DNA from: an uncultured Verrucomicrobiota bacterium
GTDB lineage: Bacteria > Verrucomicrobiota > Verrucomicrobiia > Palsa-1439
Assembly: GCA_964533295.1 (NCBI GenBank)
Contig: CAZHLM010000001.1
Span: 180,633 to 244,632, forward strand
Length of the DNA: 64,000 bases
Direction: 5' to 3'
The position numbers were made by a program, and so were the translations under genes. The stretch's first letter is position 1. Every line of letters starts with the position of its first letter. Shown here one piece after another: positions 18,231 to 26,107 of the stretch. The notes beneath the pieces are model-generated. The model was not told where the DNA came from. It searched no databases and saw only the letters and a program-made list of their open reading frames with translations.

Positions 18231-20357
18231 TCAGGCCCGCAGCATCCGCAAGCCACTACCGATGACGACGAACTCGCTGATCTCGTGGCCCAGTACGGCG
18301 ATAGGCAGGGAGAAGACGCCGGCGACCGCGCCAACGACTAACGCGCCGATCACCAGGGCCGACAGCCCCAGGTTCTGGTTCACGACCGACTGGTTGCGCT
18401 TCGCCAACCGGAGCGCGTAAGCCAGCTTCTCCAGATCGTCTGCCATCAGGGCCACGTCGGCGGTTTCCAGCGCCACGTCCGTGCCCGCCGCGCCCATCGC
18501 CACGCCCACGGTCGCTTCGGCCAGCGCCGGAGCATCGTTCACCCCGTCGCCCACCATCGCGACGTGGCCATGTCGCTGAGACAGCTCGCGCACTTTCACC
18601 AGTTTGTCTTCCGGCTTCAAGTCGGCATATACCTCGTCAATGCCCAACTCTCGGGCGATGGCCTGTGCGGTGCGTTCGTTGTCGCCGGTGAGCATCACAA
18701 CCTTCTGAACGCCCGCCGCGTGCAGCGCGTCAATCGCTTTGCGCGCATTCGGGCGGATGTTGTCGCGGATGGCGATCAGGCCCCACGGCGCCTGCTCGTC
18801 GCCGACGACCACCACGGTCTTGCCTTCGCCCTGAAGCTGTTGAATGTCGTCCCACGCGCCATGCAAAGAGACGCCCAGGCGGGCGTGAAACAGGTCCGGG
18901 CTGCCGACGTATACGGTATGCCCGTCCAGGCGCGCCGACGCCCCCGCCCCGGTCAGCGACCGGAAGCTGTCCAGTTCCGCTGGAGCAACTGTCTGCTGCT
19001 CAGCATGGCGGACGATAGCCCGCGCCAGGGGATGACCGCTGCGCCGCTCGATGCCAGCCGCTACCGCCAGCACTTCTTGGGCAGAAGTCGTAGGTTGATC
19101 CGGGTCGGTGCGGCAGAGCACCACATCGGTTACTTCCGGTTCGCCTCTCGTCAGCGTGCCGGTCTTATCCAGCGCCACCACCTTTACTTTCGCCAGTTCT
19201 TCGACGTAGACGCCGCCCTTGATGAGCACGCCCTGGCGCGCGCCCGTGCCGAGTGAAGCCACCAGGGTGATGGGGATCGAGATGACCAGGGCACACGGGG
19301 CGGCGGCCACGATGAAGACCGTGGCGCGGGTGATCCAGGTCGTCCAATCGGCGCTGAAGAACAGCGGCGGAATCGCGGCGATGAGAATTCCGATAAGCAG
19401 CACCGCCGGGCTGTAGCGCGCGCCGAAGCGTTCGATGAAGCGCTGGCTCCTGCCTTTCTTCTCCTGGGCCTCTTCGACCATGTGGATGATGCGCGCGATG
19501 GTGTTCTCGGCGAAGGTCTTGGTCGCCCGGACTTCCAGCGCACCCTCGCCGTTGATGCTGCCCGCGAACACTGTGTCGCCGGGCTGCTTCTCCACCGGCA
19601 CGCTCTCGCCCGTGACCGGGGCCTGGTTCATGCTGGAAGCGCCGACGAGCACCACGCCGTCCGTGGCGACGGACTGTCCCGGCTTGACGATGAACACGTC
19701 GCCCACTTCCAGTTCTTCGACCGGGATCTCACGCTCGACCCCATCGCGCCGGACCAGCGCGACCTTCGGCGCCAGGTTCATCAGCGCCTTGATCGCCGCA
19801 CGGGTTTTCTCTTCCGTGTAACCTTCAGCCGCTTCGCTGATGGAATACAGGAAGACCAGCATGGCGCCTTCGGCGGCCTGGCCCATGATCATCGCCACGA
19901 CAGCAGCCACGCTCATAAGCAGCTCAATGCCGATCTCGCGCTCGAAGATCAACTCTTCGATGGCTTCCCGGCCAAAGAAATATCCGCCGATGAGGATGGC
20001 GGCAACATAAATGACGGTTGAGACAATCTCTGGTGCGCCAGCCAGCCCGATGAGCCAGCCGGCGAGCAACAGCACACCCGACGCAGCCGACGTGAGCACC
20101 TTGGGGTTGCGCCAGGGTTTAGGCTGCTCGGCCATCTCCATGCCCTTTTGCGGTGGAAAGCCGAGCGCTTCCAGCTTTTCTTTCAAGGCTTCGGGCCGGG
20201 TCAGCGCCGGATCGTAGGTCAATGTGACTTTGGCGGATTTCGGATAGACCTTTAGCCCAGTCAGCCCCGCGAAGCTTTGCAGGCCACGCTCAATGTTGGC
20301 TGCATCATGTTCGCAATCGAGGTTGGCAACACGAAGTTCGAGTTGTTTGGTGTTCAT
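18231..20357 (-). CDS. P1B-type heavy-metal-translocating ATPase with APC transmembrane motif and degenerate HMA domain
   Basis: [17 protein letters not shown]. The TM6 motif is AAAPCALVISIP. The N-terminal ferredoxin-like domain has a single Cys (NLDCEHD) instead of CxxC. Confidence 0.85.
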   Translation of the reverse strand: MNTKQLELRVANLDCEHDAANIERGLQSFAGLTGLKVYPKSAKVTLTYDPALTRPEALKEKLEALGFPPQKGMEMAEQPKPWRNPKVLTSAASGVLLLAGWLIGLAGAPEIVSTVIYVAAILIGGYFFGREAIEELIFEREIGIELLMSVAAVVAMIMGQAAEGAMLVFLYSISEAAEGYTEEKTRAAIKALMNLAPKVALVRRDGVEREIPVEELEVGDVFIVKPGQSVATDGVVLVGASSMNQAPVTGESVPVEKQPGDTVFAGSINGEGALEVRATKTFAENTIARIIHMVEEAQEKKGRSQRFIERFGARYSPAVLLIGILIAAIPPLFFSADWTTWITRATVFIVAAAPCALVISIPITLVASLGTGARQGVLIKGGVYVEELAKVKVVALDKTGTLTRGEPEVTDVVLCRTDPDQPTTSAQEVLAVAAGIERRSGHPLARAIVRHAEQQTVAPAELDSFRSLTGAGASARLDGHTVYVGSPDLFHARLGVSLHGAWDDIQQLQGEGKTVVVVGDEQAPWGLIAIRDNIRPNARKAIDALHAAGVQKVVMLTGDNERTAQAIARELGIDEVYADLKPEDKLVKVRELSQRHGHVAMVGDGVNDAPALAEATVGVAMGAAGTDVALETADVALMADDLEKLAYALRLAKRNQSVVNQNLGLSALVIGALVVGAVAGVFSLPIAVLGHEISEFVVIGSGLRMLRA

Positions 20358-20362
20358 CTTTC

Positions 20363-20665
20363 TTATTCCATCGGGATGATCTCGCGGTACTTGCCGCCAA
20401 GGGACTGCTCCGGTAATTCCTCAGCGTACTCGACCGTGACGTGGTCGAGCTTGTACCTGGCGAGCAGGCGCGTGAGTTCGGTATGCACTGCCTTCCAGAC
20501 GCGGCCCGGGTCAGAGCCGTGCGCGAAACGCAGGCACACACGCAGGTTCGTCGGCTTGGTCTGCACGGCCTGGAATTGCTCGATCCCCGGTAGCCGCCAC
20601 CGAGTATTCTGGCTTAATGTCGTACCTTCTGACTTATTTCCACTTCGAGTAATAACTGTAGACAT
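20363..20665 (-). CDS. small protein resembling a cation-diffusion-facilitator cytoplasmic C-terminal domain (stand-alone)
   Basis: About 100 aa: PGIEQFQAVQTKPTNLRVCLRFAHGSD...LLARYKLDHVTVEYAE. This follows the beta-alpha-beta-beta-alpha pattern and spacing of CDF C-terminal domains (compare E. coli YiiP CTD). Ends 5 nt before the ATPase start. Confidence 0.3.
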   Translation of the reverse strand: MSTVITRSGNKSEGTTLSQNTRWRLPGIEQFQAVQTKPTNLRVCLRFAHGSDPGRVWKAVHTELTRLLARYKLDHVTVEYAEELPEQSLGGKYREIIPME

Positions 20666-20691
20666 AGTTAGCGGTTGGGCATCGCCGCCTT

Positions 20692-21483
20692 TCAACGTAT
20701 CACCCGAGGCAAAAATCGTCCGGTGCGTTTCATATAGTCGCGATACGCGTCGCCGAATTTCCCGATCATCACGCGCTCTTCACGCTCGACGCGCAGGAGC
20801 ACGATCACACACAGGCCGACGAGCGGAACACCGCCGACGAGCCAGCTCCGCGTCAGCAGTAGAATCGCCGCCATGGACAGAAACAATGCCGTATACATCG
20901 GGTGGCGCATGTAGCGATAAGGCCCGCTGGTCACCAGCCTATGCTCCCGGCGCACATGGAGCGTCGGCGAAAAATTGCTCCCCAGGGCCTGCTGCGTCCA
21001 CGCGAGGAGGGGAAGACTGACTATGCCCAGCACAACGCCCAGCCACTGCAATCATTGCGGCAGCGGCAGTTCCGCCCACGCCAGGACCTGCGGGCGAACG
21101 ATGTAGAGTAAGACATCGAGGAAAAATATTGCGCCAATGAGGGCGCGCAAGGCGATATTCAGCTTACCTTCTTTGTATTCAACCTGCCCCTGCACTAGCC
21201 GGGCGCGCCACTGGAAATACACACGGATCGCGGCAAACAGCGTGAAGAAGACGACAAAGACGCTGTGGAAAAACGTTTGGCTCATTCTAAGACTCTGTGC
21301 CAACGAACCGGCTATGCTTTCACAAAGTTCGCCGAGAAAAAGTACCACGGCCCGGGCATGGCTTGTAGTCGAAAGCCCGTCGCCTCTGCCAATCGTTTCA
21401 CTGTCGCGCGGGATTGGTAGTGTGGGTCGGGAAAGATTTCCGTGATCGAAAGCTGGCCGCCAGATTTGAGCGCCGCATAACAC
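20692..21483 (-). pseudogene. isoprenylcysteine carboxyl methyltransferase (ICMT/CzcN-like) family membrane protein interrupted by an in-frame TGA at 21052-21054
   Basis: One continuous frame: ...AWAELPLPQ-TGA-LQWLGVVLG...RYMRHPMYTALFL (ICMT RHPxY region). The N- and C-halves are listed as ORFs 21052..21483 and 20692..21051 in the same frame. Probable start ATG 21285. Confidence 0.55.
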
Positions 21484-21938
21484 TGCCGCAACGCCGCTTC
21501 ACGGTTCGGGATTTCGCCCAGTACCGTGCAGAAATAAATCACGTCAAAACTATCTGGTGGAAAATGCGGTTGCGTCGCATCGCCCACACTCGTCGTCAGG
21601 TTCGACGCACCGGCCTGCGCCGCCCGCGCTTTGAGCCGTTCAATCATCCCCGGCTGGATATCCAGGCCGACGACTTCGCCGCCGGGTAGCACACGCCGGG
21701 CGGCCGGGATGAGCAGCCGACCGGGCCCCGGCCCTATTTCGAGCACCCGATAGCCAGGTCGCAGCCCAATGCGATCCAGGGTAGTCTGCGTGCCCAGGAC
21801 TCTATCCATCACAGGGCCATCCACAAACCCAGCCAGCCATGTGGGGCAGGGGAGCGAGCGGCGACGGCTCGCCCAGCGCCACCACAGATTGACGGCCACC
21901 AGTGCAAGCAGGAGCAGAACCATGCTTCTCAGGAACAT
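21312..21938 (-). CDS. class I SAM-dependent methyltransferase with N-terminal membrane anchor
   Basis: VLEIGPGPGRL motif I, DVIYFCTVL, ALKSGGQLSITE. Hydrophobic N-terminus. Confidence 0.7.
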   Translation of the reverse strand: MFLRSMVLLLLALVAVNLWWRWASRRRSLPCPTWLAGFVDGPVMDRVLGTQTTLDRIGLRPGYRVLEIGPGPGRLLIPAARRVLPGGEVVGLDIQPGMIERLKARAAQAGASNLTTSVGDATQPHFPPDSFDVIYFCTVLGEIPNREAALRQCYAALKSGGQLSITEIFPDPHYQSRATVKRLAEATGFRLQAMPGPWYFFSANFVKA

Positions 21939-21945
21939 GGTCTCT

Positions 21946-22401
21946 TCACCCCCCCTGTAACCCTCGGAGTGGCCTCAACATCCGATAGAACAGCAAGACT
22001 GCTCCCATCACCAGGGCCACGTCGGCCAGATTAAAGGGGACACCGGCACGCAGGTAATCGACCGGATGGCCGACTCGCCAGCCATCGGCCAGGTTGCCCA
22101 GCAGTCCCCCGAGAAAAACTGCCACTGCGGTACGATAGAGGGCGTCGGGGACAATGTGGCGCTTGTACCACCACAAGAAGGGCACACCGATAATCGTCAA
22201 CACAACAAAAAAGGAGGCGGTATCAAGCATCGCACTGCCAGGGCTGACGGGCCGTGTGATCCCCATCCGTCCGAGAATGAACAGGCGGGACGCGCCTTCC
22301 GGCAGGGCAAATTCCACGACCAGGTCAAAAGCCTGATCTAGCAGCAATAGAGCAAACGAGATCACGGTGAACCGGTGCGGTCGCCAATTCATTGCAGGCA
22401 T
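21946..22401 (-). CDS. lspA: lipoprotein signal peptidase II
   Basis: Conserved LspA boxes including FNLADVALV and VDY. Four TM helices. 151 aa. Confidence 0.8.
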   Translation of the reverse strand: MPAMNWRPHRFTVISFALLLLDQAFDLVVEFALPEGASRLFILGRMGITRPVSPGSAMLDTASFFVVLTIIGVPFLWWYKRHIVPDALYRTAVAVFLGGLLGNLADGWRVGHPVDYLRAGVPFNLADVALVMGAVLLFYRMLRPLRGLQGG

Positions 22402-22913
22402 TATTCGCTGTCTGGCGAAGCTTTCGGAATGCGTCCAGCTATGAGCAGAAGGATCAGACCCAGCACGATGAAACTGTCCGCCAGGTTGAAAGTCGGCCAG
22501 CGGGCCGTGCCGAGGCCCAGGTCGAGGAAATCGGTGACGCGGCCATCCGGCAGGCGGTCGGCGAAGTTGGCAATCGCCCCGCCGAGAATCAGCCCGATGG
22601 GCCAGGCCGCCGCACGAGTCTGTTCGCCGCTGCGGAGGGTGTTCACCAGCCAGACCGCCAGGCCAATGATGATGAGGCCGGTGATGACGAGCGGCCAGAT
22701 GCCGCCGTTGGCAAACAGCCCGAATGCCACGCCGGTGTTATAGCTAAGCGTGAGACGGAACATGTCACCCAATATCGGCACAGGCCGATGAAGGCGAAGC
22801 GTTTGCTCCGCCCAGAGTTTGGACACGCTGTCCGCGACCAACGCCAGCAGCAGTCCCAGTAACACTCCTGAAACGGCTTTGAGTTTTCTATCCATTACCA
22901 TGCCTGCCAACAT
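22401..22913 (-). CDS. lspA: lipoprotein signal peptidase II, second tandem copy
   Basis: NTGVAFG, FNLADSFIV. Overlaps the downstream lspA by 1 nt. Confidence 0.8.
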   Translation of the reverse strand: MLAGMVMDRKLKAVSGVLLGLLLALVADSVSKLWAEQTLRLHRPVPILGDMFRLTLSYNTGVAFGLFANGGIWPLVITGLIIIGLAVWLVNTLRSGEQTRAAAWPIGLILGGAIANFADRLPDGRVTDFLDLGLGTARWPTFNLADSFIVLGLILLLIAGRIPKASPDSE

Positions 22914-22976
22914 CGAGTTATCACATTATCAAATGATGATATAACGCACCAAAATAAAAAGGCCTACGCACGATCC

Positions 22977-23732
22977 TCAACGCACGCCTGCCATCCGCAA
23001 CTTCATGTCGATCCGGGCCGCCGCTTCAGCAAAGAAGATTTCGGCTTGAGGGTAGGCCAGCCAGACCAGGCCAAGGCCGAACAGGAAGCCGGTCAGCAAC
23101 CGCATCCACCAATTGAACGAGCCGATGACGTCGGTAGCATAAAACCAAAGCGGAAAGGCATTCGCCGTCAGCGCCGCCAGCCAGACGTTCGTTTCGCGGA
23201 ACCCAACTCCAAGTCCCATCAGGTCACTAATAAAGTGGGTGCCGCCGTCTATGGCAATGGGGAAGGTGAGCAGGGCAAAAGCCCACAGCGGCAGCGGGCG
23301 CAGCCGTTTGCTCAAAGGCCGCCAGACGAGTATCAGGAGCCAAATCGCGCCATACATCGCAGTCGTCCGGTCACACCACGCCACCTTGTAACCTAACTGC
23401 TGATTGCCGATGAACTGGCGCAGGAGGAGGGGATTATTGGTTGGCTGCCAGGCTGCCTGAATCTCGGCCAGCGAGTACATGGATTTCATGCCGAATAAGT
23501 AGTAGGCTCGCTCAGGCAGTTGGTGACACTCGAAGGAATAAATGAAGTAGATCGCGCGCGCCAGGCCGGTTGCGCCCACCTTCATGAATACCGGCGCCAG
23601 CCACGGGAGGGTGATAAATATCCCGAAGAACGTGATAAAGGTTGCCACCCAATTGCGGCTGAGCCCTAACACCAGCCGGTTGGCGACAATGGCGTTGCGG
23701 CGGGACGGTGACATCTCAAGCGGAGTGCTCAT
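22977..23732 (-). CDS. DUF2085-like membrane protein (CHQLPER motif)
   Basis: Internal ATG 23732 (MSTPLEM...). Polytopic, with a conserved YSFECHQLPERAYYLFG box characteristic of DUF2085. Confidence 0.5.
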   Translation of the reverse strand: MSTPLEMSPSRRNAIVANRLVLGLSRNWVATFITFFGIFITLPWLAPVFMKVGATGLARAIYFIYSFECHQLPERAYYLFGMKSMYSLAEIQAAWQPTNNPLLLRQFIGNQQLGYKVAWCDRTTAMYGAIWLLILVWRPLSKRLRPLPLWAFALLTFPIAIDGGTHFISDLMGLGVGFRETNVWLAALTANAFPLWFYATDVIGSFNWWMRLLTGFLFGLGLVWLAYPQAEIFFAEAAARIDMKLRMAGVR

Positions 23733-23754
23733 GCAGTTCGTAACCGTGCGCGCG

Positions 23755-24177
23755 TCAGGCGCGTGCCCGTCCGCGAAGTGCCCGGCGCGGGATCCGCCGA
23801 CCCGTATGAACTCTGGATGCCTGGGTCGGCTGAGATTCCGCAGCCCGGATGTTGTAGCGGGTGCATTCGTAGACACCGCGCGCCACATCCGCCAGGAGCG
23901 ACTCGGTCAGAGCCAATAGTTCACCCACGCGGTCATCGCTCAGATGGTAAGTGACGTAGCGGCCCTCTTGTTCAGCTATCACCAGCCCACAGTCGCGCAG
24001 ACAGCCCAGGTGATTAGAGACATTGGATTGGGAGAGGCCGGTGGCCTCGACGATCTCGCTCACGGTCAGCGGCCCGCTGCGCAGGGCATCCAGGATGCCC
24101 AGGCGCGAGGGATCTCCGAACCCCCGAAAGAGTTTGGCCTTGACTTCCAGACCCGTCTTATCTGCCGTCAACAACAT
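23755..24177 (-). CDS. ArsR/SmtB-family metalloregulator (paralog of 17843..18196)
   Basis: w[45 protein letters not shown]-terminal YECTRYN. Confidence 0.75.
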   Translation of the reverse strand: MLLTADKTGLEVKAKLFRGFGDPSRLGILDALRSGPLTVSEIVEATGLSQSNVSNHLGCLRDCGLVIAEQEGRYVTYHLSDDRVGELLALTESLLADVARGVYECTRYNIRAAESQPTQASRVHTGRRIPRRALRGRARA

Positions 24178-24190
24178 CTGGCGCTCCTTA

Positions 24191-24220
24191 TATCATTGCA
24201 TCAGAGATTGATGATATATT
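24191..24220. promoter_or_regulatory. AT-rich nested palindrome TATATCATTGCATCAGAGATTGATGATATA, candidate ArsR operator/promoter
   Basis: Perfect 8-bp arms TATATCAT/ATGATATA plus inner CATCA/TGATG. Located 14-43 nt upstream of the arsR start at 24177. AT-rich in a GC-rich genome. Confidence 0.35.
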
Positions 24221-24325
24221 AGCATGGCTGACGAGTATTGTACAGAGGCCACCCACGCCAATCAGCCGTTAAACACTATCGGCGCCATGTGGCGCCGATA
24301 AAGATGACCAGATGCCGATCAAGAG

Positions 24326-25498
24326 TCACGGCCCGTCGTGCGGCTCGGTCGCGCCGGGCATGTGCTCCGGGGGATGCTCTGGGGAGTGGACAGACATCTG
24401 CGTGGCTGAAGGCAAAAGCTTATGCTCGGGATCGTGGTCCGGGGTGTGCTCTGGCATTTGCGTTGCCCAGGGTGTGTGCTCGGGGGTGTGGGCTGGCGGC
24501 ATGTACTCCGGTGTATGGGTCGAGATGGGTGTTGCCCAGGGTGTATGCTCCGGCGTATGGCCCGGCATTTGCGTGTGCTCGGCTGTCGGTTGCGCCCTGT
24601 GCTGCGGCGTATGGCTCATCTCGGGTGTCGGCCACGGTGTGTCGTCAGTCGGCGCGTTCCCATGATTGGCCGGGCTGGACGCGCCGCGCGGCGTGGAAGA
24701 GCGCTCCGGCACTGGGACAATCGGCGCGCCCGTATGGGTCATCACCTTCAACCGCAGGGCCAGCAGCCCGCCATTGCCCTGCACGCGGACATGCGCTTGG
24801 ACAATCAGCCCCACAGTCGGTGTGCCTTCGACCACCGTCTGGTCGTTCACCTGCAGGGCCAGTCCGCTCACGATCCACCGCCCTGGCTCCAGCGCTTCCA
24901 GGCGTCCCTCCAACTCAAGGGCCACTTCACGGCCGAGGCCCACAAGCGTGCGAATCTCTTCCTGCCGTTCCGCCGCGTACTGGCGCTCGATAGCGCTGCG
25001 AGCCTGTGGATCAAGTGTCAGACCCAGGCGCACCTCCTCCCAGGTACGCTTGACGCCATACAGGGCGTCGCCCGGCAGGCTATTGGCTGAGGCGGTGATG
25101 GTCAGAACGCTTGTGACGACGATGACTACCATCAAGTTAAGCGCCACGCGCAATACGAGTTTCATTCCTCTGGTCTCCTTTCCGATCAACAGATCGCGCA
25201 GTGCGGTGACAATCCGCACTGAATAACGGGAAAGGAGCTCGGATGATACGGGACGAACCACCCCTGCTTCAGGGGGCTGGTAAACGCGCGCAGCCGCCAG
25301 CAGGCGTTCCCGCCCGGCGATGAGCGCCTCCGGGCTGGAGCGAGGGGCGGGCAAGCGCCGCACCCAGGTAGCCGTGGAAAGGAGCGGGCGCAGTCGTCCC
25401 GCCTCGGCGGGGTGATGGGCCAGGCAGGCCTCGCCGCTTTCCCCGGCGCGCAGCCGGCCCAGGCACTCGTCCAGAACCAGATCGAAGTCAGGGCTCAT
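24326..25498 (-). CDS. membrane-spanning anti-sigma factor with extracytoplasmic domain and C-terminal His/Pro-rich HTPEHTPW repeat tail
   Basis: Overlaps the upstream ECF sigma gene by 11 nt. N-terminal cytoplasmic Cys/His region, one TM (LVLRVALNLMVVIVVTSVLTI), then an about 170-aa domain, then repeats such as HTPEHTPWATP, HTPEYMPPAHTPEHTPWATQMPEHTPDHDPEH. Confidence 0.55.
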   Translation of the reverse strand: MSPDFDLVLDECLGRLRAGESGEACLAHHPAEAGRLRPLLSTATWVRRLPAPRSSPEALIAGRERLLAAARVYQPPEAGVVRPVSSELLSRYSVRIVTALRDLLIGKETRGMKLVLRVALNLMVVIVVTSVLTITASANSLPGDALYGVKRTWEEVRLGLTLDPQARSAIERQYAAERQEEIRTLVGLGREVALELEGRLEALEPGRWIVSGLALQVNDQTVVEGTPTVGLIVQAHVRVQGNGGLLALRLKVMTHTGAPIVPVPERSSTPRGASSPANHGNAPTDDTPWPTPEMSHTPQHRAQPTAEHTQMPGHTPEHTPWATPISTHTPEYMPPAHTPEHTPWATQMPEHTPDHDPEHKLLPSATQMSVHSPEHPPEHMPGATEPHDGP

Positions 25499-26042
25499 AG
25501 CAACCTTCCTTCACGACGGCGCGGTGGAGGGCGGCCAGTGCCCGATGTTGAAGGGAGCGAATGGCGCGCTCATTCTTCCCCATAATGGCGGCGACTTCCT
25601 CGACCTCACGGTCCTCGACGAAGCGGAGCATGATCAATTGACGCTGCTCCTCAGTCAGCCAGCGCAGCGCCTTCGCCAGGCACTCCTGCGCCAGGTGATA
25701 CTCGGCCACAATGGCGGGATGTCCGGTCTCGCCGGCGACCAGGGCTTCTTCTAGCGGCACGGGCGCAACCGCGTTCCGGACGCGGTAGTGGTCCGCGATC
25801 AGATTGCGGGCGATGGTATACAGCCAGGCCAGGATCGGACGGCCACAGTCGGTATAGTCCCCCACCTTCTTGACCATGCGTGCGAATACTTCAGCGGTCA
25901 GGTCCTCCGCTGCGACCTGATCGCCCACGCGGTAATAGACATAGGTGAACACCGATGGTTGATGGCGTTCGTAAAGCGCGACCAGTGCGTCCGGATCACC
26001 GTGCCGGGCGCGCTGAATGAGATCGGATTCGCAGGAATCCAA
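25488..26042 (-). CDS. ECF-type RNA polymerase sigma-70 factor
   Basis: Region 2 (VFTYVYYRVGD...AEDLTAEVF) and region 4 HTH (RQLIMLRFVEDREVEEVAAIMGKNERAIRSLQHRA). Confidence 0.85.
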   Translation of the reverse strand: MDSCESDLIQRARHGDPDALVALYERHQPSVFTYVYYRVGDQVAAEDLTAEVFARMVKKVGDYTDCGRPILAWLYTIARNLIADHYRVRNAVAPVPLEEALVAGETGHPAIVAEYHLAQECLAKALRWLTEEQRQLIMLRFVEDREVEEVAAIMGKNERAIRSLQHRALAALHRAVVKEGCYEP

Positions 26043-26107
26043 GTGGTTGACCTTTCTACCGCCGTGATTAACGGGGGAAACGCCGGTTTTGATACGGCCA
26101 GGCGGCT

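Noticed and set aside
24900-25100. Tandem HTPEHTPW DNA repeats, possibly a CRISPR or repeat element
   Set aside because: The repeats are in-frame coding repeats of the anti-sigma factor tail, imperfect and without unique spacers. No CRISPR array is present anywhere in the window.
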